Positions 21,107 through 30,484 of a stretch of DNA of 64,000 bases are shown here, piece after piece. The first letter of the stretch is position 1. Each line of letters begins with the position of its first letter. Under the pieces are notes generated by a model that ran no database searches, was not told the origin of the DNA, and was given only the letters and a program-made list of their open reading frames with translations. Source of the stretch: Candidatus Giovannonibacteria bacterium RIFCSPHIGHO2_12_FULL_44_22 (GTDB lineage: Bacteria; Patescibacteriota; Minisyncoccia; UBA11713; 2-01-FULL-45-33); NCBI GenBank assembly GCA_001778695.1, contig MFHU01000003.1, positions 75,112 through 139,111 of the forward strand, written 5' to 3'. A program made the position numbers and the translations under genes.

Positions 21107-22639
21107 ATGGACTGGCCAGTATACGAAACAAGCCAAATTATTGTAGGCAATTTAGAAAGTCCAGTAGCGATAACCACGCTCTGGACAAATAAGGAACCGA
21201 TTGCTAATCAGATTGGCGACAAGCGCCTGTATTGCGCCGTGGGGACACTCTATAATCGCAAAGTGGGGATTGATTTGTTGGTGCGGAATTTGCTTGCGCG
21301 CCCGACCATCCGCAATTTAATTATCTGCGGACATGATCGCGCGAGAAGTGGCGAGGCGCTTATAAAGTTTTTCCGCCACGGTTTCAAGCGCGGAGTTGAC
21401 GGCAACGGCAACCCGAAATGGATTATTGACCTAAGCGATGGAGATTATGGCGTCATTGATATTGAGGTGGAAGAAGAAATGCTCCATCTCCTAAGAAAAA
21501 ACGTTACTTTCCTTGATTTTCGCGGCACAGAAGACGGAAGCGCTCTCTGTTCGGTGTTGGAAGATTTACACTCTAGCACCAAAGCCGTTTCTTACGCAGA
21601 AGCTAAAATTTTCCCGAAAGTGATACCGGCTGTGTCTTCTTTGCCGGCGCCGGACAGCGGACGCGTGTTTCGGTCTCCTACCGTTGTGGGCGCTTGGTTG
21701 CAGGCGATCCGCGAGATTTCCAAGTTTGGGGTGGTGGGCGATACCCATTACAATCCGGCTGCCGAAGTGCTGAATATTCTAACAGTCATAACCGCGGAAA
21801 ATCCTAATGACTTTTTCGTTCCGGATTGGCTGCCTATCGGACGGAAGGAAATTAAGGCGTATTGTGAGCAGGTGCTGACACCGATACTCTCACCCGGCGC
21901 GCGCTATGGCTATGGCCATCGTATTTTCAAATACTTCGGCTATGACCAGCTTGAAACGTCTGTTAAAAAATTAGTCGAAGACCCCGATTCAAAAAGCGGA
22001 GTCATAAATATTTGGGATCCGGCTAAAGATGTTGGCGATCTGGTAAATCCTAAATCGCCGTGCGTCAACAAAATTTGGCCGAGGTTGCGGCGGGGCAAAC
22101 TTTTTATGACTGTCACAATTCGCTCAAACGACATCGGCGAAGCATATTTAGGGAATGGTTTTGCTTTTAGGCGTTTTCAGGCGGAGTATCTTAGAATACT
22201 AAGAGAGTTGATGGTAGAACAGGAACTTTCGTTGGGCGACCTTACTATTAATTCTGAATCTGCCCATCTCTACGAATCAAGTTGGTCTAATGTTGAGGAA
22301 ACGCTTAATCGGCGTTGGAAGGAAGTTATGAAAGGTCCTGCTGTGCGCCAGGATCCTTATGGCTCTTTCCGAATCGTTGTGGATGTAGAATCCAAAATGA
22401 TTATAGCGACGCATTTTTCGCCGGGCGATGATATTATCGCGGAATATCGCCGCAGGACTGCCTTAGAGCTTACAACCAAGCTTGCAGATGATGGTATTAT
22501 GTCAGAACCATATCACGCTGCTTATCTTGGGCGCGAGCTCCAAAAAGCGGAGTTTGCTTTGCAATTTGGGTTGAACTACATTCAAGACCAGCCTCTTTTT
22601 AAGGTGCACGGTCCCAAGCCGCGTATTCTTCTCGAATAG
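21107..22639 (+). CDS. thyA: Thymidylate synthase fused to N-terminal MtrA-like and C-terminal DUF4346-like domains
   Basis: N-term WP..VGN.ESPVAITTLW..GIDLLVRNLL..P.IR.LIICG; TS core YGYG.R, SPC, RSND..A..GN, SAHLYE; C-term DPYGSF...HAAYLGRELQKAE...YIQD. Confidence 0.8.
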   Translation: MDWPVYETSQIIVGNLESPVAITTLWTNKEPIANQIGDKRLYCAVGTLYNRKVGIDLLVRNLLARPTIRNLIICGHDRARSGEALIKFFRHGFKRGVDGNGNPKWIIDLSDGDYGVIDIEVEEEMLHLLRKNVTFLDFRGTEDGSALCSVLEDLHSSTKAVSYAEAKIFPKVIPAVSSLPAPDSGRVFRSPTVVGAWLQAIREISKFGVVGDTHYNPAAEVLNILTVITAENPNDFFVPDWLPIGRKEIKAYCEQVLTPILSPGARYGYGHRIFKYFGYDQLETSVKKLVEDPDSKSGVINIWDPAKDVGDLVNPKSPCVNKIWPRLRRGKLFMTVTIRSNDIGEAYLGNGFAFRRFQAEYLRILRELMVEQELSLGDLTINSESAHLYESSWSNVEETLNRRWKEVMKGPAVRQDPYGSFRIVVDVESKMIIATHFSPGDDIIAEYRRRTALELTTKLADDGIMSEPYHAAYLGRELQKAEFALQFGLNYIQDQPLFKVHGPKPRILLE

Positions 22640-22684
22640 CCCTACTATCCTGCGCAACGCAAGGTGGTAGGGCAATTTTTTTTA
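22639..22684 (+). terminator. Rho-independent terminator
   Basis: GCCCTACTATC ... GGTGGTAGGGC followed by T-run. Confidence 0.7.
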
Positions 22685-22702
22685 TGATAAAATAATTTCT
22701 AT

Positions 22703-23242
22703 ATGATTCTTGGGTCAACGGAGTTTTTGAGGTTGGTAAAAGAGATTAATTTGGTTGAGAATTTGTCGAAACGCGAACTTACTAATCCGGAAGGCGCCGG
22801 TTTTGATTTGCGCCTGGGAAAACTTTTTAGATTAAAAGGAAAAGGTTTTCTTGGTGTGAATGAACGCGAAACTCCAAAGGTTGAGCTCGCGGCGGAATTC
22901 AACTCCGGGAAAGCGCAGTCTGTGATTATAAAACCGGGCGAATATTTTTTAACCGAAACAATAGAAAAACTTAATATGCCGCTGGATTTGCTGGGCATTG
23001 TAAAACCGCGAACGACTCTGCATCGCTCGGGCATAATTACTAGAGTATCAATCGCCGACCCTGGTTATTCAGGAGTTTTGCATCCGGCTATTTATAACGC
23101 TGGGGGTGTTGAAGTGGAAATAGAAATGGGCGCGCGCTACGTTAATATTATGTTTTTTGAAGTTAAGGGCGACACGGCAAAATACCGCGGCCAGTGGCAG
23201 GGCGGCCGTGCCACTACCCAAGGAAGAGAAACTCAAATATAA
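22703..23242 (+). CDS. dCTP deaminase/dUTPase family protein
   Basis: GFDLRL, PRTTLHRSG, DPGYSG, YRGQWQG. Confidence 0.8.
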   Translation: MILGSTEFLRLVKEINLVENLSKRELTNPEGAGFDLRLGKLFRLKGKGFLGVNERETPKVELAAEFNSGKAQSVIIKPGEYFLTETIEKLNMPLDLLGIVKPRTTLHRSGIITRVSIADPGYSGVLHPAIYNAGGVEVEIEMGARYVNIMFFEVKGDTAKYRGQWQGGRATTQGRETQI

Positions 23243-23260
23243 TAATGAATAAATAAAATT

Positions 23261-24577
23261 ATGAAAGTTCGCGCGTGGGCATTAATTATTTTAATCATCG
23301 GAGTTTTGGCCGGTTTTTATGATTCGGCGCAATTTTTAATCCGCCAGCCTGCGGACGGCAATTCTCACTGGCTGAAACCTTTTCAATTGGGGCTGGATTT
23401 GCAGGGCGGGACGCATTTAGTTTATCAAGCCGATACCGCTTCCATCGCCTCTTCGGATGTCGCGGAAGCCATAGCCGGCGTTAGGGATATTATTGAACGC
23501 CGCGTGAATCTTTTCGGCGTGGCGGAGCCGGTTGTGCAGACGGAAAATGTTGGAAGCGAGCGGAGGCTGATTGTGGAATTGGCCGGAGTTTTTGATATAA
23601 AAGAAGCGATTAAAACAATCGGCGAGACGCCCTTTTTGGAATTTAAGGAATTAAAGCGCGATAAATCCGGCGGGGTAGCTTCATCCACTGGAGCCGTAAC
23701 CGATTTCGTGGCCACGAATCTTACCGGCAGATATCTTAAAAAAGCTTCTTTGAATTTCGCGCAAAATCTTGGGGAGCCCGAAATTTCTCTGGAATTCAAC
23801 GACGACGGCGCCAAAATTTTTGAAGAAATTACCGCCAGAAACGTGGGGGAGCCGGTCGCCATATTTTTGGACGGCGCTCCGATAAGCATTCCGGTGGTGC
23901 GCGAAAAAATCACCGGCGGCAAAGCGCAGATTACCGGCAAATTTTCCGTGGATGAAGCCAGGCAATTGGTGCGCAGGTTCAACGCCGGCGCATTGCCTGT
24001 GCCCATTGTTTTAATTTCCCAGCAGAGCATCGGTTCTTCTTTGGGCAAAGACGCGCTTTTTAAAAGTCTCCGCGCCGCGCTTTACGGAACAATCGCTGTA
24101 ATGCTTTTTATGATTTTTTGGTATCGCTTGCCCGGACTTATCGCGGTACTGGCCTTGGGGGTTTACTCGGCTTTGACTTTGCTTTTATTTAAATTGGTTC
24201 CGGTGACGCTTTCCTCGGCTGGTATCGCTGGATTTATTTTGTCGGTGGGTATGGCAGTGGACGCGAATATTTTAATTTTTGAAAGGATGAAGGAAGAAAT
24301 CCGTTCCGGAAAATTTTTGGATACGGCCATGGCCGAAGGTTTCCGCAGGGCGTGGACTTCTATAAGAGATTCTAATGTTTCCAGTTTAATTACTTCCGTA
24401 ATTCTTTATTGGTTCGGCACGTCAATTGTCCGCGGATTCGCGCTAACCTTAGGCCTCGGAATTTTAGTGAGCATGTTTTCGGCAATCACCGCCTCGCGAT
24501 ATTTTCTTTTCTCTTTGCCGCACAAGGATGCCGGCCGCATCACTCGCTTCCTCTTTGGCGCTGGACTTTCTCGGTAG
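23261..24577 (+). CDS. secD: Protein translocase SecD
   Basis: LGLDLQGG, RVNLFGVAEP, AGALP, VDANILIFER, RGFALTL. Confidence 0.96.
   Translation: MKVRAWALIILIIGVLAGFYDSAQFLIRQPADGNSHWLKPFQLGLDLQGGTHLVYQADTASIASSDVAEAIAGVRDIIERRVNLFGVAEPVVQTENVGSERRLIVELAGVFDIKEAIKTIGETPFLEFKELKRDKSGGVASSTGAVTDFVATNLTGRYLKKASLNFAQNLGEPEISLEFNDDGAKIFEEITARNVGEPVAIFLDGAPISIPVVREKITGGKAQITGKFSVDEARQLVRRFNAGALPVPIVLISQQSIGSSLGKDALFKSLRAALYGTIAVMLFMIFWYRLPGLIAVLALGVYSALTLLLFKLVPVTLSSAGIAGFILSVGMAVDANILIFERMKEEIRSGKFLDTAMAEGFRRAWTSIRDSNVSSLITSVILYWFGTSIVRGFALTLGLGILVSMFSAITASRYFLFSLPHKDAGRITRFLFGAGLSR
23340..23355. repeat. Short TCCGCC-type hairpin in secD (IRQPAD)
   Basis: TCCGCCAGCCTGCGGA, similar to TCCGCCAACTAGCGGA at 9832-9847. 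Confidence 0.5.
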
Positions 24578-24614
24578 GCCCTGCTAATGTCTATTTTAGA
24601 GGAGGGTCGCAATA

Positions 24615-24965
24615 ATGCTTAAAATTTTGGAAACAGATTCAGAGAATAATCCGACATTGGTTGAATATTACGGTCAGAAAATTAAAGAAGGAGACGTAAT
24701 AAATTTCAAAGCAAGTAGATCTGAAAGAAAGCCGCCTAAGTATTTCCTTGTGGATTCCATTATCGAAAAGATACGCAATGGCGATTGTATTGCTGTAACT
24801 TTATTGCAATGCCGACCTACAGTGACTGTGCGGCTTGATCAAAATGATCCAGATGACGAATTCTCTTTTCGAATTCTTACGCCCTGGCAGGCAGTCGGGA
24901 TACTCAATGACTTCGGTGAATCAGTGCTGAAAATTATAAAAGATCTACGCAGAGCTATTGAATAA
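24615..24965 (+). CDS. Hypothetical protein
   Basis: RBS AGAGGAGG, 116 aa, terminator-like hairpin downstream. Confidence 0.55.
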   Translation: MLKILETDSENNPTLVEYYGQKIKEGDVINFKASRSERKPPKYFLVDSIIEKIRNGDCIAVTLLQCRPTVTVRLDQNDPDDEFSFRILTPWQAVGILNDFGESVLKIIKDLRRAIE

Positions 24966-25041
24966 TTAACTTTCCTACGCTACGCTTTCGGCAATGTTTC
25001 GGAAGCGTTTTTTTATCTCTAATTTTTATGTGATTTATTGA

Positions 25042-25079
25042 TATACTCATTCTTATACGATCGTAGCAAATTGAGTATA
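25042..25079. repeat. 38-bp dyad-symmetric repeat, left copy
   Basis: TATACTCA-N7-ACGATCGT-N7-TGAGTATA. Confidence 0.9.
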
Positions 25080-25106
25080 CTATATTTATATGCTAAATTA
25101 TAAGAT

Positions 25107-25649
25107 ATGCGGCGGAGAATTATTTACGAGCCAACTTTAAGCGATGCGGCGTTGCTTATTCTTGACGCGGCAGGCAAAATTTTTATTAAATCTTTTTGGC
25201 CGCATCCTTATTATCATACGTTCTGCAATCACAAACCCAAGCAGTCTTTTAGAAACGCCCTTAGTCGTTTGGAAAATAAAGGTTTGATAGTTGGCGAACG
25301 CAGAAACGGCAAAGTTATTTTTAACCTTTCCGATAATGGAGAGAAGCTCGCTAAACGCTTGAAATTGAAACTGGAACTTGCCAAGAAATGGCGCTGGGAC
25401 GGAAAGTGGAGAATTTTAATTTTTGACGTGCCGGAGAAAATCCGAGGGAAGCGCGATTTTTTAAGGCGCGAACTTATTGATTTCGGATTTTATCCTCTTC
25501 AAAAAAGCGTCTGGGTTTATCCTTACAATCTACCGGAAGACTTTTTTGATATTTTTAACGAACTTGATTTTGGAGAACAATTAGTTTTGGTTGAATCCGC
25601 GAATATCAAACAAGACGATTCTATCCGAGCGTTTTTCGGCTTATCTTAA
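25107..25649 (+). CDS. PaaX-like protein (wHTH plus Cas2-like ferredoxin domain)
   Basis: ALSRLENKGLI..LSDNG wHTH; WDGKWRILIFDVPE..RD.LRR.L..GF..LQKSVWVYP. Confidence 0.82.
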   Translation: MRRRIIYEPTLSDAALLILDAAGKIFIKSFWPHPYYHTFCNHKPKQSFRNALSRLENKGLIVGERRNGKVIFNLSDNGEKLAKRLKLKLELAKKWRWDGKWRILIFDVPEKIRGKRDFLRRELIDFGFYPLQKSVWVYPYNLPEDFFDIFNELDFGEQLVLVESANIKQDDSIRAFFGLS

Positions 25650-25651
25650 AC

Positions 25652-25689
25652 TATACTCATTTTTGTACGATCGTGAATAATTGAGTATA
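25652..25689. repeat. 38-bp dyad-symmetric repeat, right copy
   Basis: 32/38 identical to 25042-25079, same orientation. Confidence 0.9.
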
Positions 25690-25719
25690 GTGGGTTTTTG
25701 TTGATTGTAAAATTTTGCC

Positions 25720-27294
25720 ATGTTAAGCTCATCGGTAATGGATTGGTTCAACAAGTTCACAACAAGCCGGTGGCATTTTTTGTTGGTTATAATTTTGTTG
25801 GGCGCAGCAAATTTTGCTTACGCGTCCGTTGGCGATGTCGCGATTTCCGAAGTTTTATTTGACCCGGCCGGAGGCACGGACACAGGATTAGAATACGTTG
25901 TAATAAAAAATTTTGGTTCCTCCGCGGTGGATGTATCAGGTTGGGATTTATATCCATCGGGCGCCGGATATTTTACTTTGCCCAGCTTTAGTTTAGGTGG
26001 CGGAAAAGAACTTAAAATACATTTGCGGGCAAGCGGTAATAATGATGATGGCAATCTTTACCATACAAATGCTTCTGCCAATATGGGCAACTCATCTGGT
26101 TCTTTGGCGCTTTTTTCTAGCACGACACATAGTAAAGACACGATTATTTCTTATATTAGATATCACAAACCGGGAAGCGGAGAGAGCAAAACATGGGAAA
26201 CGGCCGCCGCGGGCACCGAATTGTGGACTGCCGGAACATTTTTTGATATTTCATCGGGCACTGAAGGAAAAATTTTAAAACTTATTGATTATAATCAAAA
26301 AACGAGCGTGTCCGGCTGGTCTTTGGCTGAAGCTTCTGCTCAAAGCGATGTTGGTGTTGGACCGGCGTCCGTTACAGAAAATGATGTTGCCGCTACATTT
26401 TCCGGAAGCGTTGCTCCGCTGCCGGTGAACCAGATAAAAGCTTATGCCGGGCCGGATCGCGCGGGCATCGCCGGAGGAGAAATATTTTTTGAAGGCTTCG
26501 CCGAAGGTTTGCAAGGCGACCCGTTGGACGGCGCGAGATTTTCTTGGAATTTCGGCGACGGCGCCGCATTAGTAGACGGCAAAAAAATCGGGCACACTTT
26601 TCTTTTTCCAGGCGTTTATACGGTTTCTTTAAACGTGTCCGCGGGAGAATATTCTGCGCTGGATACAGCCAATTTGGTTGTTACCGAGAGCCCACTTTTG
26701 ATTTCTGAGATAAAAACTGGCGCTGATGGCTGGGTTGAGATAAAAAATAATTCAGCTCGGAAAATTGAAATTTCGCGGTTTGGATTTGGAGAAAGTAATT
26801 TCAAGCCATTTTTCTTTCCAGAAAATACTTATTTGGCGCCCTGGGCTTTGGTGGTTTTGGGCACGTCAACTCTGGGATTTATTTTGCCGGAAAGCGGCGA
26901 GATAAAATTGCTTTATCCCAACGGTAAAATTATTTTTTCATCAAATTATCCGAATTTAAATTTAGGGAGCGATGAAAGTTTAAGTCTTGAAAATGGCGGA
27001 CCTGCCTCGCCTGGCGCGAATCAAGGCGGGTGGCTTAAAACAAAAATCACTCCGGGCTTGAAAAACGAGATAACAAAATCTATTGCGCTTTCGGCAAAAA
27101 GTGCCGCGGAACCGAAAGCCAAACCGCCCACGGCCATTGTGGAAAATCTAGGAAACGCCCAAACCGCCTCGGTTATCAGTATTGAAAAACCGTCTTCATT
27201 TTTAAACGACTATTTTTGGCTTTTTGTTGGTCTCGGCGCCGGAATTTTTGCTGGCCTCATTTTTGTGATAATCCGTCACAGTTTTACGTTATAA
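25720..27294 (+). CDS. Surface protein with lamin-tail-like and PKD domains, C-terminal TM anchor
   Basis: Signal peptide; ISEVLFDP..EYVVIKN..DVSGW; WNFGDG..HTF..PGVYTVSL; C-terminal hydrophobic helix. Confidence 0.8.
   Translation: MLSSSVMDWFNKFTTSRWHFLLVIILLGAANFAYASVGDVAISEVLFDPAGGTDTGLEYVVIKNFGSSAVDVSGWDLYPSGAGYFTLPSFSLGGGKELKIHLRASGNNDDGNLYHTNASANMGNSSGSLALFSSTTHSKDTIISYIRYHKPGSGESKTWETAAAGTELWTAGTFFDISSGTEGKILKLIDYNQKTSVSGWSLAEASAQSDVGVGPASVTENDVAATFSGSVAPLPVNQIKAYAGPDRAGIAGGEIFFEGFAEGLQGDPLDGARFSWNFGDGAALVDGKKIGHTFLFPGVYTVSLNVSAGEYSALDTANLVVTESPLLISEIKTGADGWVEIKNNSARKIEISRFGFGESNFKPFFFPENTYLAPWALVVLGTSTLGFILPESGEIKLLYPNGKIIFSSNYPNLNLGSDESLSLENGGPASPGANQGGWLKTKITPGLKNEITKSIALSAKSAAEPKAKPPTAIVENLGNAQTASVISIEKPSSFLNDYFWLFVGLGAGIFAGLIFVIIRHSFTL
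27001..27030. repeat. 30-bp CCTGCC-family element in CDS, encodes PASPGANQGG
   Basis: CCTGCCT ... AGGCGGG ends as in the gyrB element. Confidence 0.65.
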
Positions 27295-27302
27295 TTAGAT
27301 AA

Positions 27303-29438
27303 ATGAGCGAAAAACCTGCGGTTTTAGTTTTTACTACCGCTTATTTCCCGTTTGTGGGAGGAGCGGAAGTGGCGATACAGGAAGTGGCAAGAAGGCTCAA
27401 AAATGAGTACGATTTTTTTATTTTTACTTCAAGAATGGACGGCAAACTCCCAGCGCGCGAAAAAAGGCTAGAAGGATTGGTAATCAGAATTGGTTTTGGA
27501 AATAAATTTGATAAATTCTGGCTTTTAATTTTTGGATGGTTTGTAGCTTGGCGGGAATTGAGAAAGTGGCATAGAAAAATTATTTTTTGGGTTATGGATT
27601 TTTCGTTCGGGGCCGCGGTAGCTGGATTTTTGAAAATTTTTTATCCGAAAATTCCGTTGGTTTTTACAATTCAATATGGCTACGGCGACGAAAGAGTTAA
27701 AAAAGGCAGAGGTGGCCTTATGAATTTGGCATTTCGGCTGATACTTTCGCAGGCGGATTATGTTACGGCAATTTCAAATTATTTATTGAATTTATGCAAG
27801 CAGTACGGCTATATTGGCGAGGAAGCGGTAATACACAACGGGGTTGATTTAAAAAAGTTTACAAATCAAGAATCACGAATAGGAAATCATGTGATAATTT
27901 CAACCTCGCGGCGAGTTTACAAAAATGGTCTGGATATTCTGGAAAAGGCCTTCGAGATCATAAAAAAGAAATTTCCAGATGCCGAGTTGAAAATTGTTAG
28001 CGACGTTCCGTATGATGAATTGCCTAAATATTTATGGAAAGCTAGTATCTTCGTCAGACCCTCGCGCTCTGAGGGGATGGGCAATGCGTTTATTGAAGCT
28101 TTAGCGGCCGGATTACCGATAATTGGCACGCCTGTCGGAGGGATTTTAGATATTATTGAGGATGGGCAGACGGGTCTTTTCGCGAAAGTTGACGACCCAC
28201 AAGATTTAGCAGAGAAAATTAAAATTTTACTCGAAGATAAAAAATTGGTGTCGCAAATTATAGAAAATGGTAGAAAAATAGTTGAAGAAAGATTTTCTTG
28301 GGATAAAATCGCGGCGCAATACGCCGAGGTTTTTAATTCGCAATTAAATACAAAAAAAAGAATACTGATAGTCACAGGAATTTTCCCGCCCGATGTCGGT
28401 GGACCGGCGACATACAGCAAAATTTTACTAGACGAGTTGCCTAAAGAAAATTTTTGCGCAAAAGTATTAAGTTTCGGAAGCGTTAAATATTTGCCCAAAG
28501 GCATTAGCCATATTGCTTATTTCCTTAAAGCCATGCGGTTAGGCGCGCGCGCCGATATTATTTTCGCGCAGGATCCGGTGAGTGTGGGGTTGCCCGCGAT
28601 GCTAGCGGCAAAAATTTTGCGCAAAAAATTTATTTTAAAAATCGTGGGCGATTATGCTTGGGAACAAGGCGTTCAGCGGTTCGAGGTGAAAGAGATTTTA
28701 GATGATTTTTTAAATAAGAAATACGGTATTAATGTGGAGGTTTTGAGAAAAATAGAAAAATTTGTCGCAAATCACACAGAAAAAATTATCGTGCCGAGCG
28801 AGTATTTGAAAAAAGTTGTTTCGGCGTGGGGCGTAAATCCGAATAAAATTAAAGTAATTTATAATGCGTTTGATTTTAAAGACTTCGAACACACACTTAG
28901 ACGTCCGACGTCTAAGTTGATTGTTTCGGCGGGTCGTCTTGTTCCGTGGAAAGGATTCGGCACTTTAATTGAGATTATGCCAAAGATTTTAAGAGAAGTG
29001 CCGGACGCGAAGTTGATTATTATTGGAGATGGACCGGAAAGACACAAATTAAAATTACAAGTAGCCACTTGGCGGCTCGGCCGCCAAGTGGAACTTATAG
29101 GAAATCTGCCGCATAAAAAAGTTTTGGAATATCTCGCTTCCGCCGATGCTTTTATTTTAAACACTGCCTACGAAGGATTTTCGCACCAAATTTTGGAGGC
29201 GATGGCAATTGGGGCGCCTGTTATCACGACAAACGTTTGCGGAAATCCGGAGTTGGTGGAAAACAATGTCTCCGGAATTTTGGTCGAATTTAACGATAAG
29301 GAAGCGATTAAAAATTCTATTTTAAAATTATTGAAAGACGAAAAACTTACTCAAAAATTAACCTCCGCCGCTTTCCAAAAATCCAAACAATTTTCAAAAG
29401 AGAGGATGATTAATGAAACGATAAAAATATTATTATGA
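27303..29438 (+). CDS. Two-domain GT4 glycosyltransferase
   Basis: Two GT-B modules: SEGMGNAFIEALAAGLP and YEGFSHQILEAMAIGAP. Confidence 0.9.
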   Translation: MSEKPAVLVFTTAYFPFVGGAEVAIQEVARRLKNEYDFFIFTSRMDGKLPAREKRLEGLVIRIGFGNKFDKFWLLIFGWFVAWRELRKWHRKIIFWVMDFSFGAAVAGFLKIFYPKIPLVFTIQYGYGDERVKKGRGGLMNLAFRLILSQADYVTAISNYLLNLCKQYGYIGEEAVIHNGVDLKKFTNQESRIGNHVIISTSRRVYKNGLDILEKAFEIIKKKFPDAELKIVSDVPYDELPKYLWKASIFVRPSRSEGMGNAFIEALAAGLPIIGTPVGGILDIIEDGQTGLFAKVDDPQDLAEKIKILLEDKKLVSQIIENGRKIVEERFSWDKIAAQYAEVFNSQLNTKKRILIVTGIFPPDVGGPATYSKILLDELPKENFCAKVLSFGSVKYLPKGISHIAYFLKAMRLGARADIIFAQDPVSVGLPAMLAAKILRKKFILKIVGDYAWEQGVQRFEVKEILDDFLNKKYGINVEVLRKIEKFVANHTEKIIVPSEYLKKVVSAWGVNPNKIKVIYNAFDFKDFEHTLRRPTSKLIVSAGRLVPWKGFGTLIEIMPKILREVPDAKLIIIGDGPERHKLKLQVATWRLGRQVELIGNLPHKKVLEYLASADAFILNTAYEGFSHQILEAMAIGAPVITTNVCGNPELVENNVSGILVEFNDKEAIKNSILKLLKDEKLTQKLTSAAFQKSKQFSKERMINETIKILL
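28895..28917. repeat. Second copy of LRRPTSK palindrome
   Basis: ACTTAGACGTCCGACGTCTAAGT. Confidence 0.9.
29065..29091. repeat. Palindrome in CDS, encodes TWRLGRQV
   Basis: CCACTTGGCGGC-TCG-GCCGCCAAGTGG. Confidence 0.9.
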
Positions 29439-30484
29439 AAGTCTTAATGATAAGCGGGGATCCGGGGGTTTTGAATCCGAATAGCGACGCGGGAAAGCGG
29501 ATGGAAGAATATCGCCAAACTCTTGGAACATTAGATATTTTAGTCTGCCGAGGAAATATTTTTAGTTTTATTACAGGATTTTTTCGCGGCGTAAAAATCA
29601 TTCGCAAAAATAAACCCGAAGTTATTACAGCTCAAGATATGGAACATTCTCTATTTGCTTGGATTTTTTCAAGATTATTTAAAGTTCCGTGGCAGATGCA
29701 GATTCATACGGATATTTTTAGTCCGTATTTTTGGCAGGAATCTTTTAAAAATAAAATACGCGTTGTGCTGGCAAAATTCTTGTTGCCTCGAGCAAGTTGT
29801 ATTCGGGTTATGAGCGAAAGAATTAAAGAATCAATAACTTGGCGGCTCGGCCGCCAAGTGGCGGCCGAGTTATTCGTTACAGTTTTGCCAATTTTTGTGG
29901 ATACGGAAAAAATTAAAAATACGCCGATTAAAACCAATCTTCACAAAAAATATCCCGGGCGGTTTATAATTTTGATGGCATCGCGGATAACAAGAGAAAA
30001 AAATATCGTCATGGCCTTAGAGGCCATGCGCGGACTAACGCAGAATGACACGCGGACTAACGCAGAAAAGGTTTTATTGCTGATTATCGGTGATGGGCCG
30101 GAGAAAGAACACTTACGGCGTATGGCGTATAGCTTAAAGCTGGATGAGAGCGTTGTTTTTGAGTCAGCTACTTCCGACCTCGCTTCTTATTATAAAACCT
30201 GCGATTTGTTTTTGCTCACCTCCGATTACGAAGGGTACGGAAGAACTTTGATTGAGGCGGCGGCCATTAAAGCCAAAATAATCTCCTCCGATGTCGGAAT
30301 AGTTCCGGAAATTTTAGAGTTGGATTGTATTTTTAAAATTGGTGATAAGGATGGTTTGGCTGAAAAAATCAACGCCGCTTTGGCAGGCCAACTCAAGCCG
30401 CCAAAACCTGTGATTTTTCAAACAAAAGAGGAATATCTAAGATTATATAAGAATAACTTGGAACAATGCCAAAAAATATTTTAA
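29435..30484 (+). CDS. GT4 glycosyltransferase
   Basis: SDYEGYGRTLIEAAA. Confidence 0.88.
   Translation: MKVLMISGDPGVLNPNSDAGKRMEEYRQTLGTLDILVCRGNIFSFITGFFRGVKIIRKNKPEVITAQDMEHSLFAWIFSRLFKVPWQMQIHTDIFSPYFWQESFKNKIRVVLAKFLLPRASCIRVMSERIKESITWRLGRQVAAELFVTVLPIFVDTEKIKNTPIKTNLHKKYPGRFIILMASRITREKNIVMALEAMRGLTQNDTRTNAEKVLLLIIGDGPEKEHLRRMAYSLKLDESVVFESATSDLASYYKTCDLFLLTSDYEGYGRTLIEAAAIKAKIISSDVGIVPEILELDCIFKIGDKDGLAEKINAALAGQLKPPKPVIFQTKEEYLRLYKNNLEQCQKIF
29837..29869. repeat. Second TWRLGRQV palindrome with an extra arm
   Basis: ACTTGGCGGCTCGGCCGCCAAGTGG then CGGCCGAG. Confidence 0.88.
30029..30067 (+). repeat. 17-bp direct repeat, 22-bp period, in CDS
   Basis: CGCGGACTAACGCAGAA twice. Confidence 0.85.

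Noticed and set aside
24577-24615. Absence of secF after secD (likewise gyrA and gatB)
   Set aside because: Split operons are common; cannot be judged from one window
25042-25689. CRISPR array / CRISPR-Cas locus
   Set aside because: Only two repeats about 570 bp apart with a gene between; no spacer series and no cas1 or effector genes
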